From an uncultured Candidatus Binatia bacterium (GTDB taxonomy: Bacteria; Desulfobacterota; Binatia; UBA9968; CAXXLF01), in the NCBI GenBank assembly GCA_965218425.1, contig OZ244621.1:448001-512000 (forward strand): DNA of 64,000 nt, written 5' to 3'. A program made the position numbers and the translations under genes. The notes beneath the pieces are model-generated. The model saw only the letters and a program-made list of their open reading frames with translations, searched no databases and was not told the DNA's origin. This document shows, in pieces, positions 37,858-48,154 of the stretch (position 1 is the stretch's first letter; every line of letters starts with the position of its first letter).

Positions 37858-40267
37858 ATACGTCGGCCAATCCACAAGAAGCAAAGAAGGTCCACGGCAT
37901 GTCTCGGGGAGAGGCTTTTTTACTGACGATGTAAGATTGGCCGGGATGCTCCATGCCGTGATCCTGAGAAGCCCGTATGCCCACGCGCGCGTTTTAAAGG
38001 TAAACGATGCGGCCGCCCTCGCCGCCCCTGGAGTCGTCGCCACCTTCACGCCTCAAGAGCTGAAGGAAAAGACAAAACCCTTCAGGCCGGGTCGATACTC
38101 CGCCGGTTTAGCCCGGCCCATTCAGGAATACGCGGGCGCAACTGATAAGGTCCGCTACCTTGGCGAGCCGGTTGGGGCCGTTGCCGCGCGCACTCGTGCC
38201 GAGGCCGAAGACGCCCTCGAGCTAATGGAAGCCGAGTATGAACCCCTGACTCCGGTAATCCAAACAGCCGATGCCCTTCGAGCCGATTCTCAACCCATCT
38301 TTGAAGAGCTGGGTTCCAATAGAGCCTGGACCGGCACCCTCACCTACGGTGACATCGAGGGTGCCTTTAAACAAGCCGACAGGGTCGTCGAAGAGAAGCT
38401 CAAGATCCATCGCTACAGCTCCACCCCACTCGAGCCCCTGGCCTGTGTTGCATCCTTTGACGCAGCAAGCAAAAAACTAACGGTTTGGATCAACACCCAG
38501 GTCCCAGATAACATTTACGACGCCCTTAGAGATGCCTTCGGCCTGGACGATATCCGGGTGATCATCCCGGACATCGGAGGCGGATTCGGCCAGAAAATTC
38601 ACCTGATCAAGAACTACGCCGTTCTCATAAGCTTCCTGGCCATCAAGAGCAATCGCCCGGTCAAGTGGATCGAGGATCGAAGCGAGCACATGATGGCGGC
38701 GGGCCATGCATGCCAGCAGGAGTTTGAGGTTGAAGCCGCAGTCAAAAAGAATGGGACGGTACTGGGGCTCAGGTTCAAAGAGTACGATGACGTTGGTGGA
38801 TCCATGGGGACCCTCACCATCCACTTCACCAATAAACTAAACAACCTCACAAACACCTATAAAGTGAAGGCCATGTCCATGGAAGGTCATTCACTCATCA
38901 CAAACAAATGTCCCGTGATTCCCAATCGGGGCATTGGCAAGCCGGCCATGTGCTTTGTCTGGGAGCGGATCATGGACAAGATCGCCCAGGAATTGGATTT
39001 GAGCCCCATCGAGGTCCGCTCCGTCAATCTGGTGCAAGCATCTGAGATGCCGTACGAAACTCCCAACGGGAATATCTATGATAGCGGTGATTACCCGGGA
39101 CTCCTAAAGCGACTGCTGGAGAAGGTCGATTACGACAACCTCAAAAAAGAACAGGAAGAAAAAAGAAAAAAAGGAACCTATCTGGGAATTGGTGTGGTCA
39201 TCGGTGTGGAGCCGGGCGGCAGAAATGCAGCCCGTGACATGGCCGTCTTCCCGGAAATGAGACAAGTCCCGGGAGCCGGCGGAGTGAACGGCGCGACCAT
39301 TAAAATGGAAAAGAACGGTACCATAGCCCTTTATCTAGGTTCACCCAACTGCGGTCAGTCCCATGAAACCACCAGTGCTCAAATCACCGCAGACATCCTC
39401 GGAATTTCACCCGACCGTATAAGTGTTACAACCCCCTTCGATAGTGACCTAGCCCCCTGGGGCGTGTCGGCGGCAAACAGTGGCAACAACTTCCATCTCT
39501 ACGACGTCGGGGCCATCCAGGGCGCCGCACGGAAACTTCGGGAAAAGATCTTGACCTTTGCGGCCTACATCCTTGCCACATCTCCTGAAAAGCTCACCAT
39601 AGAGGATGGAGTTGTATTTATAAGCGGTTCACCAGGGAAAAAAATAAGCTTCGCCGACCTGGGAAGACTAGCCTATAGCAACCAATCGGTGATGCCTTCA
39701 GGCTTTGAAGGAGGTTTGCACACGACCTTTTACTACACCTACCCCCATGCTCAACCCTATTTGACGCCAGACGTAAACCGCAAAGTGCGAGCGCAGTTTT
39801 CTTTTTCGGCGGCAGCCCACGCAGCCGTGGTGGAGGTCAATGAGGCCACCGGGGAAGTGAAGGTCCAGCGCTACGTAATTGTCAGCGACAACGGAACCAT
39901 CCTCAATCCCAGTGTCGTGGATGGACAGGCCTTCGGCTCCGCCGCCCATGGGATATCCGTGGCCCTGGGCGAAGGCTTTGTGTACAGTTCGGACGGCCAG
40001 CTCCTGACAGTAACCCTCACGGACTATGGCAAGTCCTCAACGTTGGAAACGCCGAAGATCGAGTTGGAACACTACCCTGTTCCCTCCCCTTTCAGCGCCC
40101 TGGGTCAAAAGGCGGCGGGCGAGGGGGCAGCCATACCATCCCCGGCCGCCATCGCCAGTGCCGTGGAGGATGCGTTGAAACCTCTGGGGGTTAAGGTAAG
40201 GGAACTACCCCTGTCTCCGGAATCGGTCTGGCGTCTCATTCAAGATGCAAGGGGAACGTCAACATGA
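37850..40267 (+). CDS. Xanthine-dehydrogenase-family molybdopterin subunit (CoxL-like, not form I CODH)
   Basis: RSPYAHA, IGGGFGQK, GQSHET, KAAGEG; active-site loop PNRGIG. Confidence 0.92.
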   Translation: MAKYVGQSTRSKEGPRHVSGRGFFTDDVRLAGMLHAVILRSPYAHARVLKVNDAAALAAPGVVATFTPQELKEKTKPFRPGRYSAGLARPIQEYAGATDKVRYLGEPVGAVAARTRAEAEDALELMEAEYEPLTPVIQTADALRADSQPIFEELGSNRAWTGTLTYGDIEGAFKQADRVVEEKLKIHRYSSTPLEPLACVASFDAASKKLTVWINTQVPDNIYDALRDAFGLDDIRVIIPDIGGGFGQKIHLIKNYAVLISFLAIKSNRPVKWIEDRSEHMMAAGHACQQEFEVEAAVKKNGTVLGLRFKEYDDVGGSMGTLTIHFTNKLNNLTNTYKVKAMSMEGHSLITNKCPVIPNRGIGKPAMCFVWERIMDKIAQELDLSPIEVRSVNLVQASEMPYETPNGNIYDSGDYPGLLKRLLEKVDYDNLKKEQEEKRKKGTYLGIGVVIGVEPGGRNAARDMAVFPEMRQVPGAGGVNGATIKMEKNGTIALYLGSPNCGQSHETTSAQITADILGISPDRISVTTPFDSDLAPWGVSAANSGNNFHLYDVGAIQGAARKLREKILTFAAYILATSPEKLTIEDGVVFISGSPGKKISFADLGRLAYSNQSVMPSGFEGGLHTTFYYTYPHAQPYLTPDVNRKVRAQFSFSAAAHAAVVEVNEATGEVKVQRYVIVSDNGTILNPSVVDGQAFGSAAHGISVALGEGFVYSSDGQLLTVTLTDYGKSSTLETPKIELEHYPVPSPFSALGQKAAGEGAAIPSPAAIASAVEDALKPLGVKVRELPLSPESVWRLIQDARGTST

Positions 40268-41124
40268 TTCCCGGTGCTTTTGAATACTACGCTCCAAACT
40301 CTCTGAAAGAGGCCCTCTCGCTTCTTTCGGGTCATGGTTACGAGGCGAAGTTGCTCGCCGGAGGTCAGAGCCTGGTTCCCTTAATGAAGCTGCGTCTCTC
40401 CAAGCCAAAGGCGATCATCGACATCGGAAGGGTCCCTGAACTGGACTGGATTCGGCTTGAGGGCAGCGATATTCTAATCGGCGCCGCCACAACCTATAGC
40501 CGGCTTGAAGGGTCCGAACTACTCAAGTCTAGTTGCCCCCTATTGCCTCAAACCGCAAACCTAGTTGCCGACCTACAAGTACGGAACCAGGGGACTCTGG
40601 GTGGCGCCCTGGCTCATGCTGACCCGGCGGCCGATCTGCCAGCTGCCATTCTCGCCCTGGACGCGGAAATCAAATTGGCGGGCCCCAGCAGCGAGCGATG
40701 GGTCAAGGCGCAGGATTTTTTTGTCTCCATGCTAGCCACTGCACTAACACCCGAGGAAATAATTACGGAAATCCGCGTTCCTGTTTTGGAGCGGGCGAAG
40801 ACCGCCTATCTTAAAGCGGCCAAGCGGGCGGAGGGATTTGCCATTGTTGGTGTCGCAGCGTGCTTAAAGGTAAACCCAAGCGGGGTATGCGAAGATCTCC
40901 GTATCGGCCTCACAGGGGTTACGGACAAAGCCTTTCGGGCGGAAAATGTAGAACAAATGATAAAGGGTAAGAAATTGGAGGCCAGACTAATTGAGGAGGC
41001 TTCGGCACGAGTGATCGATGGTGTGGACGTGGCGGACGACATTAATGCTTCAGCGAAATATCGCTCCCACCTGGCCCAGGTCTATACTGCCCGTGCCCTT
41101 CAAACTGTGTCCGGAAACCCCTGA
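40264..41124 (+). CDS. Molybdenum hydroxylase FAD subunit (CoxM-like)
   Basis: AGGQSLVPLMKLRL, QVRNQGTLGG, HADPAAD. Confidence 0.95.
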   Translation: MIPGAFEYYAPNSLKEALSLLSGHGYEAKLLAGGQSLVPLMKLRLSKPKAIIDIGRVPELDWIRLEGSDILIGAATTYSRLEGSELLKSSCPLLPQTANLVADLQVRNQGTLGGALAHADPAADLPAAILALDAEIKLAGPSSERWVKAQDFFVSMLATALTPEEIITEIRVPVLERAKTAYLKAAKRAEGFAIVGVAACLKVNPSGVCEDLRIGLTGVTDKAFRAENVEQMIKGKKLEARLIEEASARVIDGVDVADDINASAKYRSHLAQVYTARALQTVSGNP

Positions 41125-41245
41125 GTTAAAGCGTCGCGGGAGGTGTTTTCCGAAGATTACTTGCCCAGCTCTTCTTTGGCGTGCTTCATGCGGATACTGA
41201 TGGCGCGCTTGCCCACTTCCTTGGCCTCGCGGAAGCACCTCTTGT

Positions 41246-41480
41246 TTAGCAACAGGTAGCATACCCTCTCAGAATCAAACCAACCTGCGGGTGCTCTGAC
41301 CCCAAAGCCTTTTCTGAAATATTCAAGGCTCTCTTGTAGAGTGGCTCCGCCTCATCCTGCCTACCCTGGGTCCGGCAGAGATCAGCCGGATGATCGAGGG
41401 AAAGGGCTACTTGTGGATGATGCGGTCCAAACCTCTTTTCAGATATTTCCAGAGACCGCAGATAGAACGGTTCCGACTCA
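41246..41480 (-). pseudogene. TPR (kinesin-light-chain-type) repeat fragment
   Basis: EPFYLRSLEISEKRFGPHHPQVALSL...EAEPLYKRALNISEKALGSEHPQV; no credible start. Confidence 0.75.
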
Positions 41481-41972
41481 GTGCGCCCGTTAGACTTGCC
41501 CGAACGGAATCCCCTGAGCCATTTACAGCCCGACAGGCAGTCAGTGAAATCTAAAACGGACATAGCATCAAACCCCTTGCACAGAATATATAAGCTAATA
41601 ATGCGCCAGCTTGTTGTGTCAGATTTGCAACGGAAGTATCTGGAAATACAAGGGTTTCTGGCGGGCGGGGATCCCATGGAGCGACAAAACCCGCAATGGC
41701 GCCGCACTTTAAGACGGGCCTGATGGTTTGTGGCGCACCCATGCCAAGCCCCCCATCCGGAGGCGAATTCCAGGGAGCGCATTGAGGTACAGTCCCATTT
41801 CAAATTTGTACCGCCCCATGGGACGCTGAAGAGAAATTTGAGACTTGGAACAAAATGCATATTCATCGTTGACACAAGGCTTAACACCTAAATAAAAATG
41901 AGCCGATTCGACTTCGAATCTCTACCCCAGGGGATTGCTGAAGGCCGCACCCGGTAGCGGGGAGAACGGGAA

Positions 41973-42272
41973 ATGCTTGGTCCTATCAGGACTGCGCTGA
42001 AACGCTGGGGTCAACAGACGCTTACGAAATATCGCATCATGAATACTAAGATCCCGGTCAAATGGTCCAACTTCTGGAATAGCCGCGAGATGTTCCCTCT
42101 CCTGGTGGATCCGGCAATCGAAGAGGATCGCTTCATGTTCAATGATAATGAGGTTGCCTTCTTCACCGAACTTGCTGATCAAACCAAGGAAGGGATCAAC
42201 CGTTTCAACCGGCAAAAGTTTTTCCGGGGCTTTCCAAACATGTTGACGAAAAAGCGTTCCACCGACGGTTAA
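41973..42272 (+). CDS. Hypothetical protein, possibly a fragment
   Basis: RBS GGAG before ATG; protein-like composition; no recognised motif. Confidence 0.4.
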   Translation: MLGPIRTALKRWGQQTLTKYRIMNTKIPVKWSNFWNSREMFPLLVDPAIEEDRFMFNDNEVAFFTELADQTKEGINRFNRQKFFRGFPNMLTKKRSTDG

Positions 42273-42403
42273 CCTTCCGTGAACTCATTTCACTCGATCC
42301 TCAGTACCGTACCAGCCGGCCATCAAATCGAGCTTGAGGCTCTGAACTCTAAGGTATAGAATGCCCACGATTCGTCGAACTAACCTGAGAGGAAAGAAAA
42401 CCC

Positions 42404-43168
42404 ATGCCATTAACTCTAAACGACTTCGATAAACAGGTTGTGCTCATTTCCGGTGGGGCCATGGGAATCGGACGGGCCACTGCACAGTTGTTCGCCAAAC
42501 GTGGCGCTCAAATTGCATTCTTCGATGTTAGAGAGCCGGAAGGCCGAAAACTCGTAGATGAATTCCGCGCAGAAGGGACAAAGGCATCGTTCTACCCTTG
42601 CAACGTCACCCGCGGGGTGGAGGTGGAGCGAGGGGTTCAAGGAGTATTGCGGGACTTTGGCCAGGTGGATGTACTGGTGAACGTCGCCGGCGGTTCAAAG
42701 CTGACTCCCTTTTGGGAATTGACCGAGGAGGACTGGGATGCCCAGGTTAACCTGAATCTTAAGGCCGCCTTTTTATGCTCTCGAGCCGTTATCCACCATA
42801 TGATGGAGAGGCGACGCGGCGTGATTGTAAGCCTATCGTCGGGCCAGGGGGCCTCACCCGCGCCGGGTCGAGCACCATACTCCGCCGCCAAGGCAGGCAT
42901 CATCGGGTTTACCCGGACCGTTGCCGCAGAAATGGGACCCTACGGCATTCGGGTGAACGCCGTAGCCCCTGGAGCAACAAGAACTGAACGGACGTTGGAA
43001 CAAAATACGACCACTGGAGAGTTGGACCAACGGGTGGCCGCCATCCCTATAGGACGTATAGCGGAGCCCGAAGATATCGGGAACGTAGTGGTTTTTATAG
43101 CTAGCGATTTTGGTCGGCACATGACCGGGCAGGTTTTGTTTGTGAATGGGGGAAATCTGATGCCCTAA
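42404..43168 (+). CDS. SDR family oxidoreductase
   Basis: SGGAMGIG, YSAAK, VNAVAPG. Confidence 0.96.
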   Translation: MPLTLNDFDKQVVLISGGAMGIGRATAQLFAKRGAQIAFFDVREPEGRKLVDEFRAEGTKASFYPCNVTRGVEVERGVQGVLRDFGQVDVLVNVAGGSKLTPFWELTEEDWDAQVNLNLKAAFLCSRAVIHHMMERRRGVIVSLSSGQGASPAPGRAPYSAAKAGIIGFTRTVAAEMGPYGIRVNAVAPGATRTERTLEQNTTTGELDQRVAAIPIGRIAEPEDIGNVVVFIASDFGRHMTGQVLFVNGGNLMP

Positions 43169-43212
43169 TTCCTGGGGATCGCCGGGACACCTCCTCCCCA
43201 GCTTCACGAACC

Positions 43213-44367
43213 TTACCCATCCCTCGTTTCCGGCATTACCCATTCTTTAAGCGGCCGTCCCTCAGCCAATGCCTTTAGCTCTCTTTGCCAAAGTTTGCGC
43301 CGTAGAAACACCGCACGATCCACCGCGCCCAGATGTTCCCGTGACCGGTCGCAAATTCGCCCCTGCCCTACTTGGGTGACGTAATCCTCCACACGAAACA
43401 ACTCATAGGTGCTCAGTTTCGGATCGAGTTCATGGATGGCCACCTTACCCGCTAAAACTGCTTCCCCCAGCTCCAGCGCCGGAGTCCCAGATTGAGCCAG
43501 GGCCCGCCGGCGGGACAGTTCGTAAGCCTCTGCATCCGCACCCGTAAGGTGAGCCAGATTGATCTCGAAACGGTAGCTGCTGTCGTCATCAACGGGCACC
43601 GCCCATACCATGCGGTCTTCCCAAGCACGATTTGCTTCTGTGCTGCTGGCGCTGGCCATACCAACCCGAACCGTCACCTCGAAGTTGTTGGGCATGATTG
43701 CGAGGATATATTCCTGCGGTTTACCCGAGACCGTGGCGGTCACCTTGACACCATAGGAGGTTTCCTCGCCCGTTACGGCGCGAAGATTTTGCCGGTCCGT
43801 TCTCTTGGCCCGTTTGACGGATTCATTGTGGGTGTAAAAGACATGTCCCATGTCGGGATCATTGTCCAGGCGATTGTAGTAGTTGCAAGGCCAGCTTTCC
43901 GGTGGAAGGGGGATGAGAACCCCTGGTTGGTCGAACTGAGGATAGCGTCTGAAGGGCGGCGGATCACCCTCGCCCAGGTAGGCAAATACGAGTCCCAGAT
44001 ATTCCTGTGTTGGGTATGTCCGAATTTTGACCTTCTCGGCGTAAGTGGCCTCCTCACCCGGCTGTTCCACACATTGGCCGGAACCATCGTATTTCCAACC
44101 GTGGTACCGGCAACGTATACAGTCCCCCTCCACCCAGCCGGTGGAGAGTTGGGTCCCTCTATGGGCGCAACGGAAAGCCACCAGGTGGCAGGTACCCTCC
44201 TCCCCTCGGTACAGGGTGAAGTCTTCGCTCATGATGCGTATGGGTATCGCCTGTCCAGGAGCCAAATCTTCGGCCCGGTAAACGGGTTGCCAGAACAGGC
44301 GCATGTATCTGCCCGCGAGGGTCCCAGGTCCCGTATGCTCGAAATCCGTATAGTCTCCGGCCGCCAT
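43213..44367 (-). CDS. Rieske non-heme iron oxygenase
   Basis: CAHRGTQL...CRYHGW; DNDPDMGHVFYTH. Confidence 0.93.
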   Translation of the reverse strand: MAAGDYTDFEHTGPGTLAGRYMRLFWQPVYRAEDLAPGQAIPIRIMSEDFTLYRGEEGTCHLVAFRCAHRGTQLSTGWVEGDCIRCRYHGWKYDGSGQCVEQPGEEATYAEKVKIRTYPTQEYLGLVFAYLGEGDPPPFRRYPQFDQPGVLIPLPPESWPCNYYNRLDNDPDMGHVFYTHNESVKRAKRTDRQNLRAVTGEETSYGVKVTATVSGKPQEYILAIMPNNFEVTVRVGMASASSTEANRAWEDRMVWAVPVDDDSSYRFEINLAHLTGADAEAYELSRRRALAQSGTPALELGEAVLAGKVAIHELDPKLSTYELFRVEDYVTQVGQGRICDRSREHLGAVDRAVFLRRKLWQRELKALAEGRPLKEWVMPETRDG

Positions 44368-44437
44368 ACTGACGCTCCTATAATATAATAATATCCGGGT
44401 GGCTGACTGGCTTTATATCAAACTCACCAAGGAAAGA

Positions 44438-45322
44438 CTACATTACCCTCCGTCTCAAATACGCGCTCAAGTAATCGACGATGGTCACAAGGACGTACAG
44501 AGCAATCAAGAGGGTCAAGAGTTGATGGCCCAGGAAGAGGCTGATGGCGATATGAATCCTCTGACCCAATCCGCCGGCACCAACAAACCCCAGTACCGCA
44601 GCCACCCGGATATTCACCTCCCAACGATAGAGAGTGTAGGAAATGAACTGGGGCATGACCTGGGGAAGAACACCGTATATAAGGATCTGCATTTTACCGG
44701 CACCCATGGACTGAAGCGACTCGACGGGCTGGGGGTCCACGTCCTCCAACACCTCCGCAAAGAGTTTCCCCAGGACTCCCCCCGTATGCACCCCCAGGGC
44801 AAGGACTCCTGGGAAGGGTCCCAGGCCAACGAGAAAAACAAAGATCAACGCCCAGATCATTTCCGGGACGGTGCGGAGAAAATTCAATATCCCCTTTGCG
44901 CACAGATAGGGAAGGATACGCGCCAGACGCTTCCAACGCCCATCTCCTTCCATCTCATAGAGGAGGCCTGAGTAAACCAGGTTACGGGAGGCGAAAAACA
45001 CCAGCAACAGGGCGATGACAGCAGCCATGAGGATTCCCACGAAGGATATGGCAAAGGTCTCCATGGCACCCATGGCCGCATCCACCAGCACGCCTTTGGA
45101 CAAGTCCGGTGGAAACAGCCCCTCGATGTAAACATAGATCTGTCCGGCCCCATCCCGGCTAAACAATTGGCCAAGGTGGATTTCCGAACCTTGATAACTC
45201 CAAACGAATAACGCGGCCACGAGAGCTAGAAAGAAATAAACTCGCAGCGACGACCCACGGGATACTCGATGTTGATTCCACGGCTGATCCGCGTAGGTTG
45301 TCCTCAAGGGGCCATTACTCAT
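44438..45322 (-). CDS. phnE: PhnE/PtxC-like ABC permease
   Basis: LRTVPEMIWALIFV..VGLGPFPG, LYRWEVNIR. Confidence 0.9.
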   Translation of the reverse strand: MSNGPLRTTYADQPWNQHRVSRGSSLRVYFFLALVAALFVWSYQGSEIHLGQLFSRDGAGQIYVYIEGLFPPDLSKGVLVDAAMGAMETFAISFVGILMAAVIALLLVFFASRNLVYSGLLYEMEGDGRWKRLARILPYLCAKGILNFLRTVPEMIWALIFVFLVGLGPFPGVLALGVHTGGVLGKLFAEVLEDVDPQPVESLQSMGAGKMQILIYGVLPQVMPQFISYTLYRWEVNIRVAAVLGFVGAGGLGQRIHIAISLFLGHQLLTLLIALYVLVTIVDYLSAYLRRRVM

Positions 45323-46158
45323 AACAGACCCCGTATCTTGGCGCTGATATAGTCCGCGGCTGACACCAAAATAAAAAGCATACCCAAGAGTGTCAGCACT
45401 TCGTGGAAGTTGAACATACGCATGGATATTTCAATCTGCTGACCCAAACCGCCCGCGCCCACCAGGCCTAAGATTGCCGACGTCCGCACCGCGCACTCCC
45501 AGCGATAGAGGGTATAGGAAACAAAATTGGGTAACACCTGAGGAAACCACCCGTAGAAAAAAATCTGCAGTTTGCTGGCACCTGTGGACTGGAGAGCCTC
45601 CAGGGGCCGGGTATTCACGGACTCGAAAATCTCTGAATAAACCTTTCCGAGCATCCCTCCATAGGCCACGCCAATGGCGAGAACCCCCGGGAAAGGCCCC
45701 AATCCCACGGCGCGCACAAACATGAAGGCCCATACGAACTCGGGTATGCAACGGAACAGGCTGAGTACGGCGCGGGCAAGAGAGTACACCATCACCCTCA
45801 GGCTGTAACGGGTTAAGGAACCCTGAACTTCGGCTTCATTGAGGACACCTCGAAAAACCAACGTACTGGTGGCCAGCAGCCCGAGGGGAAATCCGATCAT
45901 CACGGCAATCAGGGTCCCCATAACCGAAATCTGAACGGTTTCCATGGCAGGCCCGACCATAAAGAAGAGAAAGTCCCAGGAGAGCTCCGGTGGAAACATG
46001 CCGGTGATAAAACTCGATAGGTGTTCCCTTCCCTCCTTTTCAAAAAAAATTAGAAAATTGACTTCCGCCCGCCGCCAACTATCCACCAGCGCAACGAGAA
46101 AGAATATTCCAAAGATGTAGGGGAAATGAGAGGTTTGTCGTTTTCCCAGATCGACCAT
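45319..46158 (-). CDS. phnE: PhnE/PtxC-like ABC permease
   Basis: FRCIPEFVWAFMFVRAVGLGP, YRWECAVRTS. Confidence 0.9.
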   Translation of the reverse strand: MVDLGKRQTSHFPYIFGIFFLVALVDSWRRAEVNFLIFFEKEGREHLSSFITGMFPPELSWDFLFFMVGPAMETVQISVMGTLIAVMIGFPLGLLATSTLVFRGVLNEAEVQGSLTRYSLRVMVYSLARAVLSLFRCIPEFVWAFMFVRAVGLGPFPGVLAIGVAYGGMLGKVYSEIFESVNTRPLEALQSTGASKLQIFFYGWFPQVLPNFVSYTLYRWECAVRTSAILGLVGAGGLGQQIEISMRMFNFHEVLTLLGMLFILVSAADYISAKIRGLL

Positions 46159-46314
46159 GTTGAATCCGGAGGCTTACGTAGAAAAAAGGTCCGCGTCCTT
46201 GAAAAAGTCGTCCATCAGGAACTGGGCATTGCCTTTCTTAATACGGTCACGGTCTCGGGTCATGATTCTCGAGAACCATTAACTGACTAGCCTGGGGAAA
46301 AAGTGTATTGACCT

Positions 46315-47118
46315 TTAGCTACAGACACGGAGGGTATGCTCTTTGGTTGGAGATTCATCTTGCCCGTTTTCGGGAAGATGACCTGAATAGAGTTCCTCCA
46401 GCAGCTCGTCGCTCACCTTATCTGGGGTAAGATCGAATAGAGCGTTACCGTTCTTGATGCCGATGATACGGGGAAAGTTTGACAGGGCAAGGTCAATACT
46501 GTGAAGATTGACCATGAGGGTCTTTTGCATATTCTGACTGATTTCGATCAGTAATTTCACGATACTTGAAGCCAGGGAAGGATCCACCGAGGAAACCGGT
46601 TCATCGGCGAGAATCACCTCTGGATTCTGTACCAGCACCCGGGCAATGGCCACCCTCTGCTGCTGGCCTCCAGACAGCTCATCGGTACGGCTAAAAATCT
46701 TGTCTTCGATGCCGACATTCTTTAGCGCCTCATAGGCGCTCTCGATACCCACCGGCCGTACAAGCGACGCCATAGAACGAACCAGGGACCAGCGACCGAG
46801 ATGCCCGCAAAGGACGTTGTGCACCACCTTTAATCGCGGCACCAGGTTGTGCTGTTGATAGATCGTACCGATCTTTCGACGGACTTCCCTGAGCCTTGGA
46901 CCATGCAGGCCACCTGTGTCGTCCCCATTGATCCACAGCTTTCCGGAGGAGGGCCTCAAGGTGCAGTTGAGCATGCGAAAGAGGGTGGTCTTACCGGCCC
47001 CGCTGGGTCCGATGAGCGCCACCCTCTCCCCGTTCCTAACGTTCAAACTGATGTCGCCAACGGCAACCTGATGCCGGGCAAATACCTTTGCGACACCTTC
47101 CAGACGGTACTGGTACAA
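46315..47118 (-). CDS. phnC: PhnC-like ABC ATP-binding protein
   Basis: GPSGAGKT, LSGGQQQRVAIAR, ILADEPVSSVDP. Confidence 0.92.
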   Translation of the reverse strand: MYQYRLEGVAKVFARHQVAVGDISLNVRNGERVALIGPSGAGKTTLFRMLNCTLRPSSGKLWINGDDTGGLHGPRLREVRRKIGTIYQQHNLVPRLKVVHNVLCGHLGRWSLVRSMASLVRPVGIESAYEALKNVGIEDKIFSRTDELSGGQQQRVAIARVLVQNPEVILADEPVSSVDPSLASSIVKLLIEISQNMQKTLMVNLHSIDLALSNFPRIIGIKNGNALFDLTPDKVSDELLEELYSGHLPENGQDESPTKEHTLRVCS

Positions 47119-47133
47119 GGCCCTAGCTCAATC

Positions 47134-47997
47134 CTAGTTGGTTTTTAACATCCCCGCGGCAATGGCTGCCTTCTCGATCCCCTCCCACTGGGAATCCTTG
47201 GCGGGAACGTATCCTTTGGTTCGGTGTAACTTCAGCAGCTTCTTATGAGCTGGTTTATTATCATCGAGCTTGAGAAATGCCTTGGAGATCTTCTTGACCA
47301 ATTCCTGGTCGATCCCACCCCTGATGACCCAAACGTAATCCACGTAGTCAGGAGTGGTCCAAAACACTTCAACTTTGCCCGTGTCGACCTTCCTGTTCTT
47401 AAGCAGTTTGTCCCAGACCAAGAAGTTAAGGGCACCGGCGTCGACTCTCCCCGCTTCCACCCAGGCAGCCGTTGCATCGTGCGCGCCACTAAAGGCGAAC
47501 TTGGCAAAATCCTTTTCCGGATTGATCCCCGCCTGCCACAAAAAGTAACGCGGCATCAAGTGTCCCGACGTGGAACTGACACTACCAAAGGCGAAGGTCT
47601 TTCCTTCAAGGTCCTTCAAGGATCGAATGCCGGATCCCTTGCGGGTAATAAACTTGCTTTTGAACTTTGCGTCCTCCTTGCGCATGATGATTCGCTGGGC
47701 GTCCTTGGCCCGGCGAGCCGCTTGAACCGACGTGAATCCTCCGTACCACACCAGATCCAGCCGATTGGCCGCGAGGCCTTCCACCGTCGCCGCGTAGTCC
47801 ACCACGGGAACGAATTTAACGGGAATGCCGATCTCTTTGGACAGATACTTGGCAAAGGGCTTATAGATACGCAAGAGTTCCTGAGGGTTTTCGTCCGGAA
47901 TTGCGGACACCCTCAACTCGGTCAATTTTTCTTGAGCCGGAAGTTGTACGGCCACCAATAGAAAGGCAATTGCCATCCAACTGTGGCGAAATTTCAT
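47134..47997 (-). CDS. PhnD-like substrate-binding protein, putative selenate ABC transporter subfamily
   Basis: VSAIPDENP, DLVWYGGFT, GSVSSTSGHLMPRYFL, FSGAHDAT, DAGALN, TPDYVDY.W. Confidence 0.82.
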   Translation of the reverse strand: MKFRHSWMAIAFLLVAVQLPAQEKLTELRVSAIPDENPQELLRIYKPFAKYLSKEIGIPVKFVPVVDYAATVEGLAANRLDLVWYGGFTSVQAARRAKDAQRIIMRKEDAKFKSKFITRKGSGIRSLKDLEGKTFAFGSVSSTSGHLMPRYFLWQAGINPEKDFAKFAFSGAHDATAAWVEAGRVDAGALNFLVWDKLLKNRKVDTGKVEVFWTTPDYVDYVWVIRGGIDQELVKKISKAFLKLDDNKPAHKKLLKLHRTKGYVPAKDSQWEGIEKAAIAAGMLKTN

Positions 47998-48051
47998 AGG
48001 AGCACCTCCGTGGTTGGAAAACCACAACAGTTAATTATGATAGCGCCTATA

Positions 48052-48072
48052 TGTCAAATAGAAAATACCTAT
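48052..48072 (-). promoter_or_regulatory. LysR box ATAG-N7-CTAT abutting a TTGACA -35 element upstream of the ABC operon
   Basis: ATAG AAAATAC CTAT at 48058-48072; TTGACA on the minus strand at 48057-48052. Confidence 0.65.
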
Positions 48073-48154
48073 AATGACCCATAACGTCCAGGTAAATCCT
48101 ATGGATCCTCAACAGCGAGACATCCACGCAGACCTTGCCAGGGCTCCGGCTGAT

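Noticed and set aside
37384..41124. Aerobic CO dehydrogenase (coxMSL)
   Set aside because: Lacks the AYxCSFR motif, MSL gene order and cox accessory genes.
43492..44388. Long antisense ORFs (also 30700-31401, 47245-47961, 22975-23709, 28247-28804)
   Set aside because: They lie opposite well-supported genes and reflect codon bias.
44438..47997. Phosphonate utilisation (C-P lyase) locus
   Set aside because: No phnG-M or ptxD in the window; binding-protein motifs and regulator point to another substrate.
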